From Thermoplasmata archaeon (GTDB lineage Archaea > Thermoplasmatota > Thermoplasmata > RBG-16-68-12 > JAGMCJ01): 64,000 bases of DNA. The notes under the pieces are model-generated. The model searched no databases, was not told the DNA's origin, and was given only the letters and a program-made list of their open reading frames with translations. Position numbers and translations under genes: made by a program. Shown piece by piece: positions 29,803 to 38,661 of this stretch; within the stretch, counting starts at the first letter, position 1; each line of letters opens with the position of its first letter. Location of the stretch: positions 11,795 through 75,794 of the forward strand of contig JBHIFJ010000001.1 of the NCBI GenBank assembly GCA_046761045.1, given 5' to 3'.

Positions 29803-30671
29803 TTTATCACACCCTTCGCTTTGAGCATCTCCCTTTCGAGCTCGCAGTAGGTGGGTCGCTCTATGTCTACAAAATCGCCCACGACAATGGGCTCCCCTCC
29901 TCTCATATGAAGCACAAGCTCGTCCCAAGAGGCATCGTTCTTTATCACGGACTTCTCCCTGTAGTAGCGCAGTTCCTGAAGCCCTTCTCCGAGCTTGTTT
30001 GGTCTTCCGAAGCCTGTGGGGCATGGGGAAATAATCTCGATGAACGTGAACCCCTTCTTCTTGAGCGCTTTCTCCATGGACTTCTCAAGCTGGCGGCAGT
30101 GCAAAGTTGTCCATCGTGAGACATAGACCGCTCCCACAGCAGCCGCCAGGTACGGAAGATTGAATGGATGCTCAAAGTTCCCGTAGCGGGTCGTCGTGGT
30201 CTTCGCTTCCACTGGTGTCGTTGGACCCTGCTGACCGCCGGTCATGCCATAGTTGAAGTTGTTTACACAGATTACATTGATGTCGATGTTGCGCCTGGCG
30301 GCGTGAAGGAAGTGGTTTCCCCCTATTGCGAAAAGGTCGCCATCGCCGCTGAATACAGTGATGCAGAGTTCGGGGTTGGCAATCTTGAGCCCAGTTGCGA
30401 ATGGGATGGGCCTACCGTGAGTGGTGTGATATGAGTCGATCTTGACATATCCCGCGATCCTTCCTGTACACCCGATTCCAGATAGGAGCACCTGCCCCTC
30501 AATGGGAATGTCGACCCTTTCCAACGCCTGCGCATAGCAGGTCATCGCAGATCCAAGGCCACAGCCCGAGCACCATATGTGAGGAAGCCGGTCCCGTCTC
30601 AAAATGTGGTCGAGCGGATGCTCCTCTCCAACTTCGATCCTAGTACCATCAGGCGCTTCTCGAACGCTCAA
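29799..30671 (-). CDS. 2-oxoacid:ferredoxin oxidoreductase, beta subunit (TPP-binding)
   Basis: 290 aa from TTG 30671 (SD GGAGGTG 6 nt upstream; overlaps korA stop); CSGCG..GIGC Fe-S Cys, GDGD TPP-binding motif. Confidence 0.85.
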   Translation of the reverse strand: MSVREAPDGTRIEVGEEHPLDHILRRDRLPHIWCSGCGLGSAMTCYAQALERVDIPIEGQVLLSGIGCTGRIAGYVKIDSYHTTHGRPIPFATGLKIANPELCITVFSGDGDLFAIGGNHFLHAARRNIDINVICVNNFNYGMTGGQQGPTTPVEAKTTTTRYGNFEHPFNLPYLAAAVGAVYVSRWTTLHCRQLEKSMEKALKKKGFTFIEIISPCPTGFGRPNKLGEGLQELRYYREKSVIKNDASWDELVLHMRGGEPIVVGDFVDIERPTYCELEREMLKAKGVIK

Positions 30672-31804
30672 GTTGCCACCTCCCTTATCTTGTGAAGAAT
30701 GGCCTCCGGGGACATCATGCCTCCACCTGGGTGAGTGACGCTGAGGACCCTCCCACTTGCGAACCTCTCGACCTCCCTGGAAATCTGTCCCATGTTTATT
30801 TCTGGGACAAGGAACGCCTTGGCGCTCTCGGCCAGCTCTCTTATCCTCGCCTCGGGGAAGGGCCAAGCCGTGATTAGTCGAAGGAGACCCGCCCTCATTC
30901 CCTCCTCTCTCGCGAAATTCACCGCCCTGCCAGCAGATCTTGAAGCAGCTCCATAGGAAACGACAATGATGTCAGCATCCTCCGTCTGGCTCTCCTCGAA
31001 TTCCCATATGTCCGGCGCGTGTTCTCTTATCTTTCTAATAAGGCGTGTCACCATCTCGTGCTGGACCTCTTCGTTTATTGCAGGATAGCCACGGATGTCA
31101 TGGGTCAAACCGGTGACGTGTATCCCATATCCCTCTCCAGCGATCGCCATTGGCGGAATGAGGTCCTCATCGGGTTCGTAGGGCAAGAAGTCCTTCTTGT
31201 GTGTTGGCCTCTTTCGGGACGCGATTTCTATCTCCTCGGGCTCGGGAATGACGACCCTCTCCACCATGTGTCCGATTATCTCGTCCGCCATTACGAGGAC
31301 TGGCTGGCGGAACTTCTCGGATGTGTTGAAGGCTCTAATCGTAAGGTCAAACATCTCCTGGCACGAGTTAGGAACGTAGGCAATGGCTTCGTAGTCACCG
31401 TGGGAACCCCACCGTGCCTGCATCATGTCTGCTTGTCCTACCAGAGTGGGCAATCCCGTTGACGGTCCTCCTCTCTGGACGTTGACTATGACACACGGCG
31501 TCTCCGTCACTATCCCGAGTCCGATGTTCTCCTGCATGAGGCTGAATCCGGGTCCAGAGGTTGCCGTCATTGCCTTAACCCCAGCGCATGAGGCGCCGAG
31601 GACGGCGGCGAGGCTTCCGATTTCATCTTCCATCTGAATATAGTGACCGCCAACCTGTGGCAGCCGCAAGGCCATCCTCTCGGCAGTCTCTGTCGCAGGC
31701 GTAATGGGATAGCCCGCAAAGAACCTGCAACCGGCTGCTAGAGCTCCCTCCGCGGCAGCGATATCGCCCATCATGAAATGCCTGCCAGTCAGCACCGGCT
31801 TCAT
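30668..31804 (-). CDS. 2-oxoacid:ferredoxin oxidoreductase, alpha subunit
   Basis: 378 aa from ATG 31804 ([39 protein letters not shown]); ATGA overlap with korD stop. Confidence 0.85.
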   Translation of the reverse strand: MKPVLTGRHFMMGDIAAAEGALAAGCRFFAGYPITPATETAERMALRLPQVGGHYIQMEDEIGSLAAVLGASCAGVKAMTATSGPGFSLMQENIGLGIVTETPCVIVNVQRGGPSTGLPTLVGQADMMQARWGSHGDYEAIAYVPNSCQEMFDLTIRAFNTSEKFRQPVLVMADEIIGHMVERVVIPEPEEIEIASRKRPTHKKDFLPYEPDEDLIPPMAIAGEGYGIHVTGLTHDIRGYPAINEEVQHEMVTRLIRKIREHAPDIWEFEESQTEDADIIVVSYGAASRSAGRAVNFAREEGMRAGLLRLITAWPFPEARIRELAESAKAFLVPEINMGQISREVERFASGRVLSVTHPGGGMMSPEAILHKIREVAT

Positions 31805-32073
31805 TCCTCCTCCTCCGTGTATATCGCGAACTCGGGGCATACTAGCATGCAGAAATTGCAGTTTATGCAGCCATCCTCCTTCCCGTCCTTTATCATTGGT
31901 GGGTGATATCCCTTCCTGTTGATCTCCCTGGACTGCTCCAGAATGCCTTTCGGACAAAACTCGATGCAGAACCCGCACCCCTTGCACCTGTCTGGGATTA
32001 AGTATACTCGCCCTTTCGGCGTCTTGACCTTGTTCCTGTCAAGCGGGGTGCGCCAGTATTTCACGAACACCAT
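31801..32073 (-). CDS. 2-oxoacid:ferredoxin oxidoreductase, delta subunit (2x[4Fe-4S] ferredoxin)
   Basis: 90 aa; [12 protein letters not shown] and [12 protein letters not shown] motifs. Confidence 0.8.
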   Translation of the reverse strand: MVFVKYWRTPLDRNKVKTPKGRVYLIPDRCKGCGFCIEFCPKGILEQSREINRKGYHPPMIKDGKEDGCINCNFCMLVCPEFAIYTEEEE

Positions 32074-32185
32074 CCTCCGTGACTGTTACGCCTTCGGTCC
32101 GCACGAGGTCCTGAAGTTTCACTTCTGTCCCCTTGCGAAAAGAAAGTACTGGATGGGTTGTGGAACAGACATTCATTATAGGACC

Positions 32186-32205
32186 TCGTCTCCAAAAGGA
32201 GACGA
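32186..32205. promoter_or_regulatory. Perfect 8-bp inverted repeat TCGTCTCC-AAAA-GGAGACGA in divergent kor / regulator intergenic region
   Basis: Read directly in sequence; sits between minus-strand korD start (32073) and plus-strand tandem-HTH regulator gene (32368), flanked by AT-rich TATA-like elements. Confidence 0.35.
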
Positions 32206-32367
32206 CTCGAATTACATTTCAAGAAGTATATAAGCCTTATTTGGTCATTCATGTGAAGCCATTGGATTTCTCGTGATATGGGAACGAATGGCGTTGCCTG
32301 CTTTCCCGAATGACGAATTGCGCAATCCTGATAGGAAATATCGGGATTTCAAAAGCAAACCTTTTTC

Positions 32368-33456
32368 TTGAACTCCTTCATACTGACAAGCGTGCGGAGA
32401 GGCGTGCTTTCAGACAACGAGAAGCGGGTGCTTCACGGCCTGGTTCGCCATACAAATCTGAACGATCGCGAGCTGAGCAGCGTGCTCGACATGAAGCACT
32501 CCACGGTGACGACAATCAAGCACAGACTGGCGAAGAACGGCTACTTCACCAGGAAGAGAGTCCCATTCCTTCAGAATCTCGGATGCGAAATGCTCGGCGT
32601 CACCTATGCGGATTTCAACCCAGCTGTGTCTGCTGAGGCGAGGGTTGAAAAGGCGAGGGAGAAGATTGAGATCTACGACGAACTCTTCTATTCAGTCGGG
32701 GAGACGAACAACGGGTTCTCGCTGAGTTTCTCGAGGAACTACACCAATATCGAGAAGATAGGAGATATCAGGACGCAACTCTTCGCCGAGCTTGGGTTGC
32801 TGGAAGGCAACTTCCCAACACAGGTGGTCTTTCCCTTTGAAACGAGTGAAATACTCAGGTTTCTCGACTATTCGAAATTGCTCGCCCATGACTTCGAAAT
32901 CGAAGAGGATGAGAAGGAAGAGGAGAGGCAATTCGTGAAAGGGGACCCAGTCACATTGAAGAAGCGAGAAAGAATCGCTCTGTATGCCCTTGTGAAGTTC
33001 CCTAACGCAAGAGATGTGCTCGTGGCCGAGAGAACGGGTCTCTCAAGGCATACAATCTCCAACCTCAGGCGGAAACTGGAAGAGCGAGGGCTAATGAGGA
33101 CGATAGTGATACCAGATCTTGGCAAGCTGGGGTTTGAGATTCTCTGCTTCACTCACACGAGACTCAGTCCGAAGACGCCTTTTGATCCAGAGAGCATTGA
33201 CATGAGCTTCCTGAATACCGATTCGGTGATATTCCTGGCGGCCAAGAGATTCGAGAACATCATGCTCTCCATCTATCGGACCTATGAGGATTTCAAGGTG
33301 GAGAATTCGACCCTCGTGCGCTATTTCAAGGAGAACGACATGATTGCAGATATGCCCCTAGTTCGACTCTATAGCATTAGGCGTATGATAACCATCAAGA
33401 ACCTCGTCTTCGGACCCTTCGTCAAGCAGTTACTCGGCCTGAACGTGGACTTCTAG
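32368..33456 (+). CDS. Transcriptional regulator with two winged-helix HTH domains
   Basis: 362 aa; two HTH-like segments (SDNEKRVLHGLVRHTNLNDRELSSVLDMKHSTVTTIKHRLAKNGY and KKRERIALYALVKFPNARDVLVAERTGLSRHTISNLRRKLEERGL) each followed by a helical/beta region. Confidence 0.5.
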   Translation: MNSFILTSVRRGVLSDNEKRVLHGLVRHTNLNDRELSSVLDMKHSTVTTIKHRLAKNGYFTRKRVPFLQNLGCEMLGVTYADFNPAVSAEARVEKAREKIEIYDELFYSVGETNNGFSLSFSRNYTNIEKIGDIRTQLFAELGLLEGNFPTQVVFPFETSEILRFLDYSKLLAHDFEIEEDEKEEERQFVKGDPVTLKKRERIALYALVKFPNARDVLVAERTGLSRHTISNLRRKLEERGLMRTIVIPDLGKLGFEILCFTHTRLSPKTPFDPESIDMSFLNTDSVIFLAAKRFENIMLSIYRTYEDFKVENSTLVRYFKENDMIADMPLVRLYSIRRMITIKNLVFGPFVKQLLGLNVDF

Positions 33457-33719
33457 CTGCTAATCTCTCTTCTGAGTTCGAACACGACCGGGTTTCTCGC
33501 GTCTGGGCAGCAGACAACGGTCCTGTCTGGATCATCCTCCCATGGGAATGAGCCGCCAAATTGCAGAACTCTCACAGCGGGGAAGATTGAATGCATCGCG
33601 CTTGCGCATACCTTCTCTCTGTCATCTGGATAAATGAACTCGTCGCCCACGGAATGCCCAAGGGGGCATTCACCCTTTTCAAGGATTCCTACGATTCTCA
33701 TCCTGACCTTTGAACTCAC
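33453..33719 (-). CDS. Small Cys-containing protein, TIGR04076-like (hypothetical)
   Basis: 88 aa; pattern GECPLGH..GDEF...C.....P....GG.FPWE......CPD..NPVVFELRR recalled as TIGR04076-type; 4-nt overlap with upstream regulator end. Confidence 0.35.
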   Translation of the reverse strand: MSSKVRMRIVGILEKGECPLGHSVGDEFIYPDDREKVCASAMHSIFPAVRVLQFGGSFPWEDDPDRTVVCCPDARNPVVFELRREISS

Positions 33720-33788
33720 GAAATCACCTCCTATGATGAGACCCAGTCGAGCTGGCAGTTGACAGTTTCGTGGAAGATGCAGAAGGGC

Positions 33789-34310
33789 CTATCCCTCGAG
33801 TATGGGAACGTATCCGTACCAGTCTCCTTCGGTCTCAAGATAGCTGAGATTCTCCTCAAGCAGCTTTCGATGGGACTCCTCGAAGCGAGACAGTTTCTCG
33901 AATAGCTCCTTGGCAGACCCCACACTCGTCATCATTCCACATGCAGAGTAGAACTCTATCGACCTCTTCTCTATTTCGAGTGCGAACTTCGTCGCCTCAA
34001 TCGAATCCATGCTTTTGGTTATCTCGTCCTTCTTCGAGAAGACCACCCTGGGGTTTGGCAGATCGATGTTCAGACTCTCATCTGTCATCTTGCCCTCGCT
34101 GATTTCCTTCCCAAGGTTGTCGTGCTCTGCCTTGAGCCATTCCCTATGGTCTACTTCCTGATTCGCAAGGAACTCAAATAGAGCCTTGCCTTTCTCGCTC
34201 TCGACAAACTCGCGGACTTCCCTGTAGAGGCTGTAGCCATACTCCTCCAGTTCCATGGCCGTCCTCAGCGCGTCGAGAAGAGTGGATTCACTGCCCTTTT
34301 TGGCATCCAT
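33789..34310 (-). CDS. Ferritin-like / rubrerythrin-family diiron four-helix protein
   Basis: ~174 aa from ATG 34310 (SD GGGGGT upstream); paired E...ExxH motifs (ELEEYG...EVDH and EIEKRSIEFY...EESH). Confidence 0.55.
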   Translation of the reverse strand: MDAKKGSESTLLDALRTAMELEEYGYSLYREVREFVESEKGKALFEFLANQEVDHREWLKAEHDNLGKEISEGKMTDESLNIDLPNPRVVFSKKDEITKSMDSIEATKFALEIEKRSIEFYSACGMMTSVGSAKELFEKLSRFEESHRKLLEENLSYLETEGDWYGYVPILEG

Positions 34311-34461
34311 GATACGACCCCCTTGCCTCATTGCCGTGCTCATAGATAAGGATGTTGTGGAACGAAGCAAGCCCGCCAGCCCTTCATTCATAACGTTGAT
34401 ATAGAACGAACTGCATAATGTCATACACTGAATCGAACCAGACAGTTAGGAGGAGGCGGAA

Positions 34462-37197
34462 ATGGGAAGACGGTTTGCTAGTCTGTGGGCAGTAATTGTG
34501 GTTGCGTTGTTCGTCGGCTCAGCCTTTGTTGGTTTCAGCTATATTTCTGAGACCTCCGGGTCCAAGGAAACAACTACCCCTGCTATCGGATGTCGGGGCG
34601 GATCAAGCCCCAGGAAGGTGTTGTTGGAGAAGTTCACAGCCGATTGGTGTCCTCCGTGTGTTTCGCAAGGACACACGATCAAGAGGCTGGAACATGAGTT
34701 TGGCCATGAGAACCTTGTGGTTCTGGTCTACCACACTTCTTCTTCCGATCAGTTCTATGTCACGGATATCTCCACTCGCCCTGGATTCTACGCTGATTCA
34801 GGCTACTATTTCCCGACTGTAATCATCGACGGAGGTGGTCCCTATACTGGGGACAGCAACACGCCCTCGCCGAATGGAGCTGAGCTGTGGGACATTGGCG
34901 GTTCCGTTTCAAACAGATACAACAACTACAACAACGACAGGGGAATGATCGAACAGGAACTCCCGCCCTCGGAAATGAGCAACATCACGATAGAATTGTC
35001 AGGCAACATCACGGGAGACACAGGATACGTGCACGCCCGAATCACGGCCACAGATCCAATCACCGAAACCAACCTAAAGGTCAGATTCATGGTCTATCAG
35101 AACCACAACTATCACAGAGACAGCAATACAGCAGAGAACGCAGCGGGGCACAAGAGGGTGTACGACAGAATCGTGCGCAAGGTTCTGAATGAGGAGAGCC
35201 TTCCTCCAAGCTTCAACATGGGCGATTCAGTGGAGTATCACAAGACCTTCCAGGTGGGTCCATGGAACGGGACATTGCCCGATAGTCACACTCAACCCGA
35301 CAAGAGAAATCTCGGGGTTGCAGTCTTTGTCCAGACGGACAACAGAAATATGTGGCATCACAGTGCCTATGGTAAGGATTTCTACAACGCCCCTGTTCTG
35401 CAGGCCGAGGCATACGACTTTGTCGAGAGCACCGTTCTCCTGGTCAATGGGGACAACACTGATACTCTTGACAATGGCTTTGAGAGATTCGAGGATGTGA
35501 TGGCGAAGGTCGGGGTCCCATACGACGTCTGGGATACCCTCGAACCCGGTGATTCCAATGTTCAGAATCTGAGGACGATGCCAGGACTGGCGGATATCGG
35601 GAAGTACGGGGCACTCGTTTGGTTCACTGGGGAGGCGACATCCACACTGTCGATGACCGACAGGACAAACCTGCAAGCGTATCTGGGAGCCACTGGAAGC
35701 TTGTTCGTCACCGGTGAGGATATCGGCCAGGACGCCCAGAGCAACGGCTGGGCCGGATGGCTACTCACCAATCTCCATGCTAGCTTTGTAACTGACACTG
35801 TCATCTATACTACTGCCGAGGGAGTCCCCGCAGACCCGATTACAAATGGGCTCTCAGGTCTGAATGTGGTCGACTCTTCGCCGAGTCGCATTTCTCCGGG
35901 TTTGGGTGCATATGAGATCCTCCGATACACTGGGACCACGAATGTGGCGGGCATCAGGGCCACTCATGACGCCGATTCGCGGGTGGTCTACATTTCATTC
36001 GACTATTTCGAGGGAACCAACACCTATCCCTCCGATCCGAATGCGGAAGCAGTAATGGACAATACCGTCTACTGGCTTGATGGTGTGGCCCCTCCCACAG
36101 TCCAAATCAGCAAGCCTCAGGCCGGCGACCTAGTTCTTCGTGAGACATGGTACACCATCCAGTGGTCCGCACACGACGTCGATATCCCAGAGGACGGTGT
36201 CGACATCGAGTACAGCACGGACTCCGGCATGACCTGGAATGCCGTTACGTCAGCTGATGTGAACGATGGCGCCCACTACTGGTTTGTCCCTGCCGTCTCC
36301 TCCAGCAACTGCAAGGTTCGAGTCTGCGTGCGGGATTCCAATGGCCAGCAATCCTGTGACGAAACAGGACTCTTCAGGATTGGGACACCGAATCTCCCGC
36401 CCGAACCCCCCATGCTTACAGCCGCCTATCTCAGCGGCGGCTCTCAGGATGTGACTCTCGCTTGGGACAAGTCCGCCGATGATGGTGGGGGATTCAACGA
36501 TGTCGTAGAGTATGACATCTATGCGGCTCCCACTCTTGGGGGCCTCCAGACATACATCGGCAGTGAACCGGCGACGGGCGCTGCAAGCTACACCTGGACA
36601 TGCGTCGGATGCGGTGACGGCGACCCGAACCAGTACTTCTTCTATGTGTGGGCTGACGACGGCGAGGAGGTGACGGCCTCTTCTGTGGTTGCAGGGAAGT
36701 TCGTAAGACCTCTTGCGACTGGATGGAATCTGGTTTCGGTGCCACTAATACAGACAGATACATCTGCAAGCGTTGTCCTTCAGACGGTGAACTCAGGGAG
36801 GGCTGTCTATTACGATGCCGCTGATCAGGCCGACCATTGGAAGGACTACGACACCAACCAGTATGTCAATGACCTGGAGGGCATCGATAGAACCATGGGA
36901 TTCTGGCTGTACAGTCCCGCTCCCGACGATTTCGTTGTTGCGGGGATTGTCCCCGATTCCACTGACGTTTACCTGCAGATAGGATGGAACCTCGTCGGGT
37001 TCCCGTCCTTCAGCACAACCTACACGATCCAGGACATGATGTCAATCACTTCAGTCAATGAGGCGGAGGCATTTGATGCAGTGTCCACACCATATCTTCT
37101 CAAGGCAGTTTCGCCAGCGGGCGCCGACCAGATGGTCCCAGGGGATGGCTACTGGGTCTACGCGACCTCCGTGAGTACGTGGACAGTTCTACAGTAG
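34462..37197 (+). CDS. Large secreted multidomain protein with N-terminal thioredoxin-like (WCPPC) domain
   Basis: 911 aa; signal/anchor MGRRFASLWAVIVVALFVGSAFVG; TlpA/ResA-like WCPPC redox motif at aa ~62; many NxS/T sequons; internal beta-rich Ig/FN3-like segments (duplicated GWNLVxxP motif); strong SD AGGAGGAGG. Confidence 0.65.
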   Translation: MGRRFASLWAVIVVALFVGSAFVGFSYISETSGSKETTTPAIGCRGGSSPRKVLLEKFTADWCPPCVSQGHTIKRLEHEFGHENLVVLVYHTSSSDQFYVTDISTRPGFYADSGYYFPTVIIDGGGPYTGDSNTPSPNGAELWDIGGSVSNRYNNYNNDRGMIEQELPPSEMSNITIELSGNITGDTGYVHARITATDPITETNLKVRFMVYQNHNYHRDSNTAENAAGHKRVYDRIVRKVLNEESLPPSFNMGDSVEYHKTFQVGPWNGTLPDSHTQPDKRNLGVAVFVQTDNRNMWHHSAYGKDFYNAPVLQAEAYDFVESTVLLVNGDNTDTLDNGFERFEDVMAKVGVPYDVWDTLEPGDSNVQNLRTMPGLADIGKYGALVWFTGEATSTLSMTDRTNLQAYLGATGSLFVTGEDIGQDAQSNGWAGWLLTNLHASFVTDTVIYTTAEGVPADPITNGLSGLNVVDSSPSRISPGLGAYEILRYTGTTNVAGIRATHDADSRVVYISFDYFEGTNTYPSDPNAEAVMDNTVYWLDGVAPPTVQISKPQAGDLVLRETWYTIQWSAHDVDIPEDGVDIEYSTDSGMTWNAVTSADVNDGAHYWFVPAVSSSNCKVRVCVRDSNGQQSCDETGLFRIGTPNLPPEPPMLTAAYLSGGSQDVTLAWDKSADDGGGFNDVVEYDIYAAPTLGGLQTYIGSEPATGAASYTWTCVGCGDGDPNQYFFYVWADDGEEVTASSVVAGKFVRPLATGWNLVSVPLIQTDTSASVVLQTVNSGRAVYYDAADQADHWKDYDTNQYVNDLEGIDRTMGFWLYSPAPDDFVVAGIVPDSTDVYLQIGWNLVGFPSFSTTYTIQDMMSITSVNEAEAFDAVSTPYLLKAVSPAGADQMVPGDGYWVYATSVSTWTVLQ

Positions 37198-37216
37198 GGC
37201 CATTGAATGTCCTAGC

Positions 37217-38515
37217 TCATTCGGGAGGCGCTCTTCGGCTCCGTAGCGCAACGACTGCTATCACAAGAACCAACACAATGATCATGACGAGAATGATCCA
37301 AGCCATTGGATCCACTGGCGGATTCCACACGCTCGCGTTGAGAGGGTCGTAGTCCTCCTTGTCGTTGACACCGTCACCGTCCGTGTCCGGATTTCTTGGA
37401 TCCGTGCCCTTCTCATCCTCCTCCTCGTCAGTCAGGCCGTCATCATCATCATCGGTATCCGCGTTGTCACCTATCCCGTCATTATCGGTGTCATTCCACT
37501 CTGTGCTATTAAGCGGGAAGACATCAACGGAGTCGAGGTAGCTGTCGCCGTCCGTGTCAGGGTTCTTCGGGTCCGTCTGCAGCCCGGTTTCTTCGTCATC
37601 CAATAGACCGTCATCATCATCATCGGTATCCGCGTTGTCACCCGTTCCATCGTTGTCGGTGTCGATCCACTCGGTCTGGTTGAGGGGAAGGGCATCAGCC
37701 GAGTCATTGTAGCCATCACCATCCGTGTCAGGATTGATAGGACTCGTGCCTATTGTGGCCTCTTGTTCATCAGTGAGCCCGTCATTGTCATCGTCCTCAT
37801 CCAGGTAGTTGGGGGTCCCGTCATTGTCTGTGTCTATGTCCGCCACCTCGAGGGGGACAAGAGTGCTTCTTGTCATCGTCCTATTCACGACAGTTATGTT
37901 CAGAGTATACGGTCCGTGCTGGTCAGGTGCGGCTATGGCAAATGAAAAGCTGCCATCGTTCTTCGTGAAGGAGTCCCAATTCTCTCCCGTTTCAATGACC
38001 TCAAGGGTGACTGCCGACCCTTCTGCAGGCGCACTGACGTTGGCATCATAGATTGCTGTTCCGTTGACCCAGACAGGGTCGTTGACCACTGGGAAAGCGG
38101 GGTCGGGAGCCGCCGAGACATTTATCCAGTGCACCACAGGGAAGTACAGCTTGTCAGTGCTGTTGATGTTTGACTGTTCGTCCCACGCCTCAATCCTGAC
38201 ATCGCCCCAAGTGCTCCCTGGAATGACACTGTACTGTGCGCCGTAGGTGGAGTCTCCATCTGGGTCCAGCATGCTCACACTGTCGCAAAGCCCTCCAGAC
38301 CAACAGATGTATGCGTCAACATTCGTGATGTTGTCCTGATCAGTGACGGTCGCGTTAAACGTCATGGTCTCGCCCTCCATAGGATACTCCGGTGTCCATG
38401 TGACGTTCGAAATCTCCGGAGCGTAGCTGTCTGCCCGTGCGGCTGGGTATGACGAAGCTATCGCGACCGACGTCAAGACCATGAAACCCAGGATTATTGT
38501 CAGAATGCCTTTCAT
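37217..38515 (-). CDS. Secreted thrombospondin-type-3-like Ca-binding repeat protein with C-terminal TM anchor
   Basis: 432 aa; signal peptide MKGILTIILGFMVLTSVAIA; >=4 repeats of DTDNDGxxDxxDxDDDDDGLxDxEE (DxDxDG Ca-binding); C-terminal TM helix followed by RSRRAPPE. Confidence 0.7.
   Translation of the reverse strand: MKGILTIILGFMVLTSVAIASSYPAARADSYAPEISNVTWTPEYPMEGETMTFNATVTDQDNITNVDAYICWSGGLCDSVSMLDPDGDSTYGAQYSVIPGSTWGDVRIEAWDEQSNINSTDKLYFPVVHWINVSAAPDPAFPVVNDPVWVNGTAIYDANVSAPAEGSAVTLEVIETGENWDSFTKNDGSFSFAIAAPDQHGPYTLNITVVNRTMTRSTLVPLEVADIDTDNDGTPNYLDEDDDNDGLTDEQEATIGTSPINPDTDGDGYNDSADALPLNQTEWIDTDNDGTGDNADTDDDDDGLLDDEETGLQTDPKNPDTDGDSYLDSVDVFPLNSTEWNDTDNDGIGDNADTDDDDDGLTDEEEDEKGTDPRNPDTDGDGVNDKEDYDPLNASVWNPPVDPMAWIILVMIIVLVLVIAVVALRSRRAPPE
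37437..37778. repeat. ~171-bp tandem DNA repeat inside TSP3-repeat gene
   Basis: Near-identical units starting CCGTCATCATCATCATCGGTATCCGCGTTGTCACC at 37437 and 37608, with a degenerate third copy after ~37780. Confidence 0.7.
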
Positions 38516-38661
38516 TGTTATCGACAGTTAATTTCCCGCTGCGGATTTAACCTTTGCCCAAATGCGTGGGCAACCTGACGACTGACAAATCCTTAAAAAA
38601 GGAGAGAGATAGCGTAGCTTCCGCTACCCCTTTCAGGAGTTCGAGAGGCAAGATCGCACGT

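Noticed and set aside
29254-31987. ORF-track N-terminal extensions of korG (256 aa), korB (355 aa) and korA (439 aa)
   Set aside because: The extensions overlap the preceding gene in another frame and are Arg/Gly-rich. Conserved N-termini plus SD and overlap-start geometry (GTGA, TTGA, ATGA) support the shorter starts at 29802, 30671 and 31804.
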